64,000 nt of DNA from Verrucomicrobiota bacterium. GTDB taxonomy: Bacteria; Verrucomicrobiota; Verrucomicrobiia; Limisphaerales; SXTU01. The stretch covers positions 93,157-157,156 of the forward strand of contig JBDKJY010000011.1 of the NCBI GenBank assembly GCA_039796295.1, read 5' to 3'. A program made the translations under genes and the position numbers. Shown here in pieces: positions 16,830 through 25,317 of this stretch. The notes below the pieces were generated by a model. It was not told the DNA's origin and did no database searches. It saw only the letters and a program-made list of their open reading frames with translations. Position 1 is the first letter of the stretch. Every line of letters begins with the position of its first letter.

Positions 16830-18794
16830 CTAACTTCGGAGCAGTGCTTGGTGAACGGCCTTGAGTAGTTCGTCGGCGGTGTAGGGCTTGTAGAGGGGCT
16901 GGGTGATGCCGAGCTGGTGCAGGGCTTCGATGCGTTGGTCGGTGCTCAGGCCGGTCGAGGCGAGGATCTGGAGGCTCGGGGACATTTTGCGCAGCACGCG
17001 CACCAGGGCCAGTCCGTCCATCACCGGCATGTCCACGTCGGTGAGGACCAGTTTGATTTCGGCAATCCGGGTGGAAAACAGCGCGAGAGCTTGGGCACCT
17101 TCGCCCGCGACGATCACGCGATAGCCGTGGCGCTCCAGCATCTTGCGGGTCGCCGTGCGCACGCTCTCTTCGTCGTCCACGACCAGGATGGCCTCGCCGG
17201 CACCATGGGGTGACGGGGCCGGGGCGGTCAGCGCGTCCGCCGGGCGGGCGTCGGGCAGCGCGGGCAGGTAGATGCTGAAGGCGGTGCCGCGGCCCGGTTC
17301 GGTGTCGAGTTCGATGAAGCCACCGTGCGACTTCACGATGCCGACGACGGTGGAGAGGCCCAGCCCGGTGCCTTTGCCGACTTCTTTGGTGGTGAAGAAG
17401 GGGTCGAAAATCTTGTCGCGAATCTCGCGCGGGATGCCGGTGCCGGTGTCCTGCACGCGGAGGAGGATGTGGGGGAGCGGCTTGGCCTTGATGTTCATCG
17501 CGGCGTATTGCTCGTCGAGCACGAGGTTTTGCGCGGAGAAACAGAGCTCCCCGCCGTTGGGCATCGCGTCGCGCGCGTTCACCGCCAAGTTGAGGAGCAC
17601 TTGATGTATTTGGGTCGGGTCGCCTAGGACGGACCACAAGTCATCGGGCACGATCGTCCGCAAGCGAATGCTGCGTGGGAACGTTTCCCGGGCGATCTTG
17701 AGCGTGTCTTGAATGAGGTAACGCACCGTGACGGGGATGCGCTCACCTTCGACACCGCGGCCAAAGGTGAGGAGTTGCCGGATGATGCTCGCGCCGCGCT
17801 GGGCGCTGTTCTCGATGGTGGCGACGATCTCGTTGACCTCGCCCTCGGTGAGTTTGCACCGCAGCAGCGGCACGGAAATGATGATGGGGGCGAGGATGTT
17901 GTTGAGGTCGTGGGCCAAGCCGCTGGCCAGGGTGCCCACGCCCTCCATGCGCTGGGCGCGGAGGAACTGGGCTTCGAGGCGTTTGCGCTCGGTGAGGTCG
18001 GTGTTGATGATGAGGGCGGCCTTGGGCAGGCCGTGGGCATCGCGCACGAGCGTCCAACGGCTCATGACGGTGATGTCCGTGCCGGTGCGGGATTTCTGCC
18101 GGAGTTCCCCGCTCCACTCGCTGCGCGTCTGGAGACTCAGTTCGATCTCCATGAGCTTGTCCGCGTCGTCGTGCGTGAGGTTGGCGGTGGGTTGGCCCTT
18201 GGCTTCGCTAGCGGTCCAGCCGTAGAGGCGTTCCGCGCCACGGTTCCAGAACGCGGTGCGGCCGTTGGGCGCGCGCACCATGATGGCGTCGCCGGCGAGG
18301 TTCAGCAGTTCGGCCTGCTCGCGAATGGATTCCTCGGCCAGCTTCTGTTCGGTGACATCCCAGAACACGCCTTCCACGCCGACCACGCGGCCGTAGGGGT
18401 CGAAGAGCGGCACCTTGACGGTTTGGATGAAGCGCCGGGAGCCGTCCGACCGGCAGTAATCCTCGGTGGCTTCGAGCTTCTGGCCGGAGCGCATGACCTG
18501 CTGGTCGCCGACCTGATAGGCCTGAGCCAAGGCGGCGGGGAAGAGGTCGAAGTCCGTCTTGCCGAGGAGTTCCTCCACATCGCGCCCTAGGTTTTCGCAC
18601 AATAGTTGGTTGGCGTAGGTGAAACGGCCCTGCGGATCCTTGCGGAAGACGAAGTGCGGCAGGTTGTCCACCATCGCATGGTAGAACGCTTCGGCGGAGC
18701 GGGAATGGCCGTTGGGCGGCGGTGGCCCGGCGGTCGCCACGGGGGCACTGCCGTCCGACAGGCGGGGGAGAAAGGTTGTGGGTTCGTGGCTCAT
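16830..18794 (-). CDS. Hybrid histidine kinase (2x PAS, HisKA, HATPase_c, C-terminal REC)
   Basis: H-box ASGLAHDLNNILAPI. DTGTGIP, GKGTGLGLS. C-terminal REC ILVVDDEESV..LTDVDMPVMDG. No TM segment. Confidence 0.85.
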   Translation of the reverse strand: MSHEPTTFLPRLSDGSAPVATAGPPPPNGHSRSAEAFYHAMVDNLPHFVFRKDPQGRFTYANQLLCENLGRDVEELLGKTDFDLFPAALAQAYQVGDQQVMRSGQKLEATEDYCRSDGSRRFIQTVKVPLFDPYGRVVGVEGVFWDVTEQKLAEESIREQAELLNLAGDAIMVRAPNGRTAFWNRGAERLYGWTASEAKGQPTANLTHDDADKLMEIELSLQTRSEWSGELRQKSRTGTDITVMSRWTLVRDAHGLPKAALIINTDLTERKRLEAQFLRAQRMEGVGTLASGLAHDLNNILAPIIISVPLLRCKLTEGEVNEIVATIENSAQRGASIIRQLLTFGRGVEGERIPVTVRYLIQDTLKIARETFPRSIRLRTIVPDDLWSVLGDPTQIHQVLLNLAVNARDAMPNGGELCFSAQNLVLDEQYAAMNIKAKPLPHILLRVQDTGTGIPREIRDKIFDPFFTTKEVGKGTGLGLSTVVGIVKSHGGFIELDTEPGRGTAFSIYLPALPDARPADALTAPAPSPHGAGEAILVVDDEESVRTATRKMLERHGYRVIVAGEGAQALALFSTRIAEIKLVLTDVDMPVMDGLALVRVLRKMSPSLQILASTGLSTDQRIEALHQLGITQPLYKPYTADELLKAVHQALLRS

Positions 18795-18954
18795 TTCGGC
18801 GGCAACGCTGAAGGAACATCGGCAGAAGTGCGGCCGGGCTTGAGTGATGCTTGTGCCGGAGCTGAGCAGGCGAAGCCCGGAAGAAATTGGGACTTAAGTG
18901 TGCGCCCTCGCGCGCCGATAGACTGCCAGCGGGTTGGATGCCCGCACGAACGCG

Positions 18955-19344
18955 ATGGCAAAAATTTTAATCGTGGATGACGAGGAGGAGTTCCGGTTCC
19001 TGCTCCAGCGGATGCTCGGCATCTTCGGGCACGAGGTCATGGAAGTGATGGACGGGGACGCCGCCATCGCCTGTCTCCGCACCTTTCCGGCGCAGGTGGT
19101 GATTGTGGATCTGTTCATGCCGGGGAAAGAGGGCATCGAAACCATCATCGAGCTGCGGCGGCGGCATCCGGACCTCAAGGTCATCGCCATCTCCGGCGGG
19201 GTGCCGAACTCGGGCACTACCTTCCTCACTTTGGCGCAAAAGCTGGGGGCCCACCGGACCTTGAACAAACCCTTCTCCGCCGACGAACTGCTGGCCGTGT
19301 TGAGCCATCTCGTCGAGCCGGCCCCGCCCTTGGCCCCGCCGTGA
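18955..19344 (+). CDS. Single-domain CheY-like response regulator
   Basis: ATG 18955 (MAKILIVDDEEE); ORF-track start 18934 is TTG. VIVDLFMPGKEG..LNKPF. Divergent from the hybrid HK. Confidence 0.8.
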   Translation: MAKILIVDDEEEFRFLLQRMLGIFGHEVMEVMDGDAAIACLRTFPAQVVIVDLFMPGKEGIETIIELRRRHPDLKVIAISGGVPNSGTTFLTLAQKLGAHRTLNKPFSADELLAVLSHLVEPAPPLAPP

Positions 19345-19374
19345 CCCGCAGAATGGGGCTGGGTGCGGGAAAGG

Positions 19375-19842
19375 CTAACGGTCCGTGTCCGGCCGCCGTT
19401 CACTTTCGGAGCCAGATAAAGTGAGCTGCGGCGGCGCACTCGTGGCCAGCGGGTTGGCTTGGAAGGCCGCGCGTTCCAATAGGCCGAGCCAGTCGGTGAT
19501 GAGAACTTGAACGAACGCTAGGTCGAGCTGTGCGTGCCGTGCGGGGTAGGGCTGGAAGTTGGCCCGCGCCAGTTTGAACAGCGCGGCGGCGGGGCGCAGG
19601 CGCGGATATTTCGGGCAGTCCTTCTGCAGGTGAACGAACGCACCGGCGAGTTGGATGAGCCCTTTGTAAAAGTTGCCGTTCGGCCCGCGGCGGTCGGCGA
19701 GCCAGAGTTCCTCCAACACGTCGTGGGCTTCGTAGAACTGGCCGCGATTGAAGCACGCGAAGTAGCCGAGGTAGTGCGCCGGGAGGTCGCGGCCCTGTAG
19801 GTCGGCGATGAGATCGGCGATCTTGGGGGACTTGTGGCTCAC
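19375..19842 (-). CDS. DUF309 domain protein
   Basis: GYFACFNRGQFYEAHDVLEELW matches the DUF309 signature as I recall it. GTG start. Confidence 0.6.
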   Translation of the reverse strand: MSHKSPKIADLIADLQGRDLPAHYLGYFACFNRGQFYEAHDVLEELWLADRRGPNGNFYKGLIQLAGAFVHLQKDCPKYPRLRPAAALFKLARANFQPYPARHAQLDLAFVQVLITDWLGLLERAAFQANPLATSAPPQLTLSGSESERRPDTDR

Positions 19843-19920
19843 GACGGAGGTAGCCGCCGAGGTCAGGAGGCGGAGTCGCGATGTCCAGCCGTCCGCCTCC
19901 TCACCCTGGCGGTTATGGGT

Positions 19921-20217
19921 TCAGCTTTCTAGCACGCCAATTTCCACCGGCTCGACCTTGATGCCGAGGCTCTCCAGCCAGTGGATGGCGTTCTTGATTT
20001 CCGAGCGTGCGCCGTCGAGTTCGAGGCAGACGATGCCGATGTCCTTGCCCACGCTGACCTGCCGCAGGTTGAAGACCACCTTGAACTTTTGGCCCAACTC
20101 CCAAATCACCGGGCGCGTGATGAGCGGGGCCGGGTAGGTGAGCCACAGCCGCGACATGGACTGGCGCGGGTCGGGCGGGAGCTTGGGCTCGGCTTTGGCC
20201 TTTTTCGTGGCAGGCAT
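19921..20217 (-). CDS. Stand-alone NIL (MetN C-terminal-like) domain protein
   Basis: 98 aa. RLWLTYPAPLITRPVIWELGQKFKVVFNLRQVSV..GIVCLELDG resembles the NIL ferredoxin-like fold pattern. Begins 16 nt downstream of the carrier-protein stop. Confidence 0.6.
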   Translation of the reverse strand: MPATKKAKAEPKLPPDPRQSMSRLWLTYPAPLITRPVIWELGQKFKVVFNLRQVSVGKDIGIVCLELDGARSEIKNAIHWLESLGIKVEPVEIGVLES

Positions 20218-20233
20218 ACGGCGCTACTTAAGT

Positions 20234-20509
20234 TTAGCCCCCCGCGATCGCCGGGATGATGCTGATTTCGTCGCCGTCCTTGAGGGGCGTGGCTTGGTTC
20301 TCGAGGAAGCGGATGTCCTCCTCGTTCACATATACGTTCACGAAGCGGCGGACTTCGCCCTTGTCGTCGAGCAGGCGGTCCTTGATGCCGGGAAACTTGC
20401 CCTGCAACTCGGCGATGGCCGCGCCGACGCTGGCGGCGGTGACGGTGACGACTTCCTCGCCGCCGGTGAGCTGGCGGAGCGGGGTGGGGATGCGGACTTT
20501 GGTGGGCAT
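20234..20509 (-). CDS. ThiS/MoaD-family sulfur-carrier protein ending in Gly-Gly (MetO-like)
   Basis: 91 aa from ATG 20509 (MPTKVRIPTPLRQLTGG...). C-terminus ..ISIIPAIAGG followed directly by TAA. The TTG at 20548 would extend into the repeat hairpin. Confidence 0.75.
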   Translation of the reverse strand: MPTKVRIPTPLRQLTGGEEVVTVTAASVGAAIAELQGKFPGIKDRLLDDKGEVRRFVNVYVNEEDIRFLENQATPLKDGDEISIIPAIAGG

Positions 20510-20525
20510 AGGTTGGATGTTGTTT

Positions 20526-20613
20526 AACGCAAAGACGCAAAGGCGCAAAGCCGTAAAGAAGGCCAGAGAAGCAAATCACTCTCTGCGTCTCTGCGCCTTT
20601 GCGTCTCTGCGTT
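20526..20613. repeat. Long hairpin with arms built from tandem 8-mers (CGCAAAGN)
   Basis: Arms 20526-20550 (AACGCAAAGACGCAAAGGCGCAAAG) and 20589-20613 pair 23/25. 38-nt loop. Lies in the 112-nt gap between the ThrC-like gene and the carrier gene. Confidence 0.85.
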
Positions 20614-20621
20614 GAAAAGAA

Positions 20622-21884
20622 TCATGCGGCTACCGGAGCCTTCTCCTCGTCCTTCAGCATCGCCTCGAACTCACGCAGGCTGGGCCGAATCTCGCGGGTT
20701 TGGCCCACATGGCCGGTCATCGCTTCGAGCGTCTTGAGGCCGTTGCCGGTGATGCAGAGGACGGCGGAGTCGGTCGCGGGAATCTTGCCAGAGGCGATGA
20801 GCTTCTTCGCCACGCCCACGGTCACGCCGCCAGCGGTTTCGGCGAAGATGCCTTCGCACTCGGCCAGCAGGCGGATGCCCTCGCGCACCTCGTCGTCGGT
20901 TACATCGTCGGCGTGGCCGCCGGTTTCTTTCATCACCTTGAGCGCGTAGAAGCCGTCGGCGGGCGTGCCGATGGCGAGGCTCTTGGCAATGGTGTTGGGC
21001 TTCACGGGCTTGAAGAAGTCCATGCCCGCCTTTTCGGCGGAGCTGATGGGGTTGCAGCCGGTGGCTTGCGCGCCGTGGATGTGCCACGCGCTGTCGGAGA
21101 TGAGGCCGAGCTTGGCGAACTCTTGGTAGCTTTTGTGAATCTTCGTGAGCAACGAGCCGCTGGCCATCGGCACCACGGTGTGCTGCGGCGTGCGCCAGCC
21201 AAGCTGCTCGCAAATCTCGAAGCCCATGCTCTTGCTGCCCTCGGCGTAGTAGGGGCGCATGTTCACGTTTACAAAGGCCCAGCCGAACTTGCCGGCAATC
21301 TCCGCGCACAGGCGGTTCACCTCGTCGTAGTGGCCCTTGATGCTGATGACGTTCGCGCCATAGACGAGCGAGTTGACGACCTTGCCGAGTTCGAGGTCGG
21401 ACGGGATGAAGACGTAGGACTTGAGGCCGGCGGCGGCGGCGTTCGCGGCGACGGAGTTGGCGAGGTTGCCGGTGGAGGCGCAGGCGACGGTCTTGAAGCC
21501 GAGCTCCTGCGAACGGCTGAGGGCCACGCTCACGACTCGGTCCTTGAAGGAAAGGGTCGGGTAGTTTACTGCGTCGTTCTTAATCCACAGCTCGCGGATA
21601 CCGAGGCACTTCGCCAGCCGGTCCGCCTTCACGAGCGGTGTGTAGCCGACCTGGCAACCGACGGTCGGCTCGCCCGCGATGGGCAGCAGCTCGCGGTAGC
21701 GCCACATGGTGCGGGGGCGCGACTCAATGGCGGCGCGGGTGAGGGATTGCTGGATGCGTTCGTAATCGTAAGCGACTTCGAGGGGGCCGAAATCAAACTC
21801 GCAGACGTGGGTGGCGCCCAGGGGGTATTCGCGACCGCACTCGCGGCACTTGAGTGCCTTCATGAAACCTTTGTGCTTGTCCAT
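20622..21884 (-). CDS. Threonine-synthase-family PLP enzyme (ThrC-like; candidate MetM-type homocysteine synthase)
   Basis: 420 aa. N-terminal zinc-ribbon-like CRECGREY..HVCE. PLP-lysine region NYPTLSFKDR. Family blocks ACASTGNLANS and CITGNGLK. Confidence 0.8.
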   Translation of the reverse strand: MDKHKGFMKALKCRECGREYPLGATHVCEFDFGPLEVAYDYERIQQSLTRAAIESRPRTMWRYRELLPIAGEPTVGCQVGYTPLVKADRLAKCLGIRELWIKNDAVNYPTLSFKDRVVSVALSRSQELGFKTVACASTGNLANSVAANAAAAGLKSYVFIPSDLELGKVVNSLVYGANVISIKGHYDEVNRLCAEIAGKFGWAFVNVNMRPYYAEGSKSMGFEICEQLGWRTPQHTVVPMASGSLLTKIHKSYQEFAKLGLISDSAWHIHGAQATGCNPISSAEKAGMDFFKPVKPNTIAKSLAIGTPADGFYALKVMKETGGHADDVTDDEVREGIRLLAECEGIFAETAGGVTVGVAKKLIASGKIPATDSAVLCITGNGLKTLEAMTGHVGQTREIRPSLREFEAMLKDEEKAPVAA

Positions 21885-21911
21885 AATTGCTTTCCCGCGT
21901 CCCGTTTTGGG

Positions 21912-21949
21912 GCAAACAAAAGCCCCGTCTCATCTGGATGAGAAGGGGC
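21912..21949 (-). terminator. Intrinsic terminator forming the riboswitch expression platform
   Basis: Minus-strand RNA GCCCCUUCUCAUC-CA-GAUGAGACGGGGC followed by UUUUGUUUG. Its 5' arm CUUCUCAUC is also complementary to the aptamer P1 3' strand GAUGAGAAG, giving the alternative antiterminator pairing. Confidence 0.75.
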
Positions 21950-21965
21950 CGGACAGGCTGACGCA

Positions 21966-22088
21966 CTTCTCATCTTTCCCCCGGCCTCGCGGTCGGAGCT
22001 GGAATTAGCACCTGGTCACTGCGGGACGCGCCGCAATCGGTTGCCGTGACGTCATCGGGCCAGTCCCTCAGTCACTCTGGATGAGTGT
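21966..22088 (-). promoter_or_regulatory. SAM-I (S-box) riboswitch aptamer
   Basis: Minus strand reads CUCAUCCAGAG..GAGGGACUGGCCCGAUGA..CGGCAACC..GGUGCUAAUUCCAGC..AGAUGAG. This matches the conserved S-box core segment by segment. Confidence 0.85.
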
Positions 22089-22262
22089 TCGCCTCGCGAC
22101 GAACGGGCGTGAAATTGGCAGGCCAGTGGGAGCGGTGTCAACGGGTTTTCCGGGCGAGCGAAAAGGGAAGCAGTGATTAGTAACTAGCGTTTAGTGCCGC
22201 TGTTCGGTTGGTAATCGTCCGTCCTCGAACTCACCACGAATTGCAGATCGCTCCCCACTCCC

Positions 22263-23726
22263 TCATGCCACCAGTTTCAGCGACTTCACCGCTTCGACGG
22301 CCATCTCCAGCGCGCCGTCGGGGTTCAGGCCGAGCCAGAGCATCCCGGCGATGCACACGCCGAGAGCGAACTTGGTCGGGAGCGAGACGGGAATGGGCGT
22401 GAGGTCGGTCGTGCCCTTGCTCCAGTAAATCGCCCGCACCACGTTGAAATAGTAATAGAGCGAGATGAGGACGCCCACGACGGCGACGGCGAACAGCCAG
22501 TAGTAAGCGTGCCAGCGGACGCCTTCGGCGATGACGGCTTTGAGCAGGAGAAACTTGCCGAAGAAGCCCGCGAGCGGCGGGATGCCGGCGAGGGAGACCA
22601 TCGCCAGCGTTAGCGAGGTGGCGAGGAGGGGCGAGCGTTGCGCGAGGCCGGCGAGCGCGGAGATGTCTTCCGCACCGGCCTTTTCCACAACGACGGCGAT
22701 GACGGTGAACGCGGCGAGCACGGTGAAGAGGTAGCCGGCGAGGTAGTAGAGAATCGCCGACGAGCCGGCGCGGTTCATCACGGCGAAGCCGAGCAGCAGG
22801 TAGCCCGCACTGGCGATGCTGCTGTAGCCGAGCAGGCGCTTGAGGTTGCGCTGCGGGATGGCGCAGAGGCTGCCGTAGAGAATCGTCGCGGCGGCCATCG
22901 CCATGAGAAGCTTCTCCAAGTGGAACGCGAGGTCGGGAATCGCCGTGCCGAGCAGGCGCATCAGGAGCACGACGCCAGCGGCCTTCGAGCCCACGGCGAG
23001 GAAAGCGGTCGTGGGGGTGGGCGAGCCTTGATACACGTCGGGGGCCCAGATTTGGAACGGCACGGCGGCCATCTTGAAGCCAAGGCCCACGAGCACGAGC
23101 AAGATGCCGGTGAAGAGCAGCTTGCTCGAAGCCCCGGTGGTGTTGCCCGCCACGCGTTCGGCCAGCTCGTTGAAGTTCATCGTGCCGCTCGCGCCGAAGA
23201 TGAGCGCGATGCCATAGACAAGGAAGCCGGACGAGAGCGCGCCGAGGATGAGATATTTCACGCCGGCTTCGAGCGATTCCACCCGGCGGCGGAGGAAGCT
23301 AACGAGGACGTAGAACGTGACGGTTATCAGCTCCAGCGAAACGAAGAGCAGTATGAAGTCGTTGGCCGACGCGGCGAACATCATGCCGGCCAGCGCAAAG
23401 AGGGTGAGCGCGAAAAACTCGGACTGCCCCGACTCGAAGCGGTCGCTGAACTCGGTGGCCATGATGAGCACCAGCAGCGCGGCGAGGAGGAAGAAGCGCT
23501 TGAACCACAGCGCAAGGCCGTCGAGGACGTAGGCGTTGCCGAAGGCGTAGAGCGTCTCGGTGCCGTCGAAGGCGAAGAAGCTGTAGAGGAGCACGACCGC
23601 CACGCCTAGCACCGCTCCGTAGCCGAGCGTGCGCCGGTCCTTCGCGGGCGTGAACCAGTCCTGCACGAGCACGACCAAGCCGAGGAGTCCCACGGCGAGT
23701 TCGAGGACAATGAGAGAGGCGTTCAT
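22263..23726 (-). CDS. nuoN: NADH-quinone oxidoreductase subunit N
   Basis: 487-aa polytopic antiporter-like protein. Last gene of the nuo series. Confidence 0.85.
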   Translation of the reverse strand: MNASLIVLELAVGLLGLVVLVQDWFTPAKDRRTLGYGAVLGVAVVLLYSFFAFDGTETLYAFGNAYVLDGLALWFKRFFLLAALLVLIMATEFSDRFESGQSEFFALTLFALAGMMFAASANDFILLFVSLELITVTFYVLVSFLRRRVESLEAGVKYLILGALSSGFLVYGIALIFGASGTMNFNELAERVAGNTTGASSKLLFTGILLVLVGLGFKMAAVPFQIWAPDVYQGSPTPTTAFLAVGSKAAGVVLLMRLLGTAIPDLAFHLEKLLMAMAAATILYGSLCAIPQRNLKRLLGYSSIASAGYLLLGFAVMNRAGSSAILYYLAGYLFTVLAAFTVIAVVVEKAGAEDISALAGLAQRSPLLATSLTLAMVSLAGIPPLAGFFGKFLLLKAVIAEGVRWHAYYWLFAVAVVGVLISLYYYFNVVRAIYWSKGTTDLTPIPVSLPTKFALGVCIAGMLWLGLNPDGALEMAVEAVKSLKLVA

Positions 23727-23739
23727 TCAGCGGTCAAAG

Positions 23740-25314
23740 TTATCGCGGCTGCACGGCGCGCTGCTTGGCTTCGTCGGCGGCTTTCTTCACGTCGCCGGGG
23801 CGCGCGGCCTTGTCGGCGGTCTTCGTGTTGGCCATCGTGAGGATGGCGGCGACACTGGGTTGAATCTTGTCGGTCAGCAGGCGCGGCCAGACGCCGAGCA
23901 ACAGCAGCGCGGCGAGCAGGAGGACGAAGGGCACCTTGGCCCAAGCGCTGGCGTCCTTGAGCGCGGCCCACTCGGACTTCTCCGGGCCATGCAGGATGTT
24001 GCGCACCGCGCGGAGCATATAGACGGCACCGATGATGAGCGCGCCCCAAGTGGCGAGCGTTGTCACGAGCGGGAAGGCGCGCCACGAGCCGAAGAGCACC
24101 ATTGCCTCGCCCACGAAGTTCGCGAAGCCCGGCAAGCCGCAGCCGGCGAGCATTGCCATCACGAGCGCCGCGCCGAGGAAGGGGATTTGCCGCAGCAAAC
24201 CGCCGAGCTTCTCCATCTCCAGCGTGCCGGTCTTCTCGCGGAGTGCGCCGCTCAGGCCGAAGGTCAGTGCGGCGAGGAAGCCGTGCGCGACCATCACCAC
24301 AACCGCGCCGGTCACGCCGACGATGCTCAGGCTGGCGATGCCGAGGAAGATGAAGCCCATGTGCGCGACGCTGGAGTTGCCGATGAGCAGGTTCAAATCC
24401 TTCTGCCGCATCGCGACGAGGCCGCAGTAAACGATGTTGCCGAGACAGAGGAAGGCGAGGATTTCGAGCCAGGCCGTTGCGCCGTCGGGCATGAGCGGGA
24501 TGCCGACGCGCAGCAGGCCGTAGAGACCGAACTTCTTCAGCACACCGGCGTGGAGCATCGCGGTGGCGGTCGGCGCGGCCCCGTAGCCGAGCGGCGCCCA
24601 GGTGTGGAACGGCCAGAGCGAGACGAGGATGCCGAAGCCGAACAGCAACAACGGGAAGATGAGTGACTGCGCGGCGAGCGGGAGCGGGCGGGCCTTCACG
24701 GCCTTGGTCAGCTCGACGATGTCGAAGGTGTTCGCGCCGGACTGGATGTAGAGCGCGATGAGGCCGGCCAGCGCGATGAGCGCGCCGAGGCTGAGGTAGA
24801 TGGTGATTTTGAAGGTGGCGTAGTTGCGGTTCTCGCCGTGGCCCCAGACGCCAATCATGATGAAGGTCGGCACCAGCGCCAGTTCGTGGAAGAAGTAGAA
24901 GAAGAAGAGGTTCAGCGACGCGAACGCGCCGAGGATGCCGCCGGTCATGACCAGCAACAGGGTGTAATACTCCTTCTCCAGCCGCGTGATTTCGCGCGAC
25001 ACGCACGCAGCGGCGAACGCCACGATGGCCCCCATGACGATGAGGCCGAGGTTAATGCCGTCCACGCCGAGGTGCCAGCCGATGTCGAGCTTCAGGGCGG
25101 AGACGTTCACCCACGCGTGCTTCTCGACGAACTTGAAGCCGTTCTCGACCGGGGCGGCGTTGTATTTGGCGAACAGCGCGAGCGCGAGCAGCATCGAGGC
25201 GAGCGTCGCGCCGAGCGTGACGAGGCGGATGACGAACTTGTAGTTGCGCGGGATGCACAGGACCACAAGCGCGGCCACCAGCGGCAGGAGGAAGATGGAG
25301 GAAAGCAGCGACAT
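23740..25314 (-). CDS. nuoM: NADH-quinone oxidoreductase subunit M
   Basis: 524-aa antiporter-like subunit in the position after nuoL. Confidence 0.85.
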   Translation of the reverse strand: MSLLSSIFLLPLVAALVVLCIPRNYKFVIRLVTLGATLASMLLALALFAKYNAAPVENGFKFVEKHAWVNVSALKLDIGWHLGVDGINLGLIVMGAIVAFAAACVSREITRLEKEYYTLLLVMTGGILGAFASLNLFFFYFFHELALVPTFIMIGVWGHGENRNYATFKITIYLSLGALIALAGLIALYIQSGANTFDIVELTKAVKARPLPLAAQSLIFPLLLFGFGILVSLWPFHTWAPLGYGAAPTATAMLHAGVLKKFGLYGLLRVGIPLMPDGATAWLEILAFLCLGNIVYCGLVAMRQKDLNLLIGNSSVAHMGFIFLGIASLSIVGVTGAVVVMVAHGFLAALTFGLSGALREKTGTLEMEKLGGLLRQIPFLGAALVMAMLAGCGLPGFANFVGEAMVLFGSWRAFPLVTTLATWGALIIGAVYMLRAVRNILHGPEKSEWAALKDASAWAKVPFVLLLAALLLLGVWPRLLTDKIQPSVAAILTMANTKTADKAARPGDVKKAADEAKQRAVQPR

Positions 25315-25317
25315 GGC

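Noticed and set aside
20700-21941. 413-aa plus-strand ORF
   Set aside because: It is antisense to the ThrC-like gene, which has clear PLP-enzyme motifs. Its translation is Gly/Ala/Arg-rich noise.
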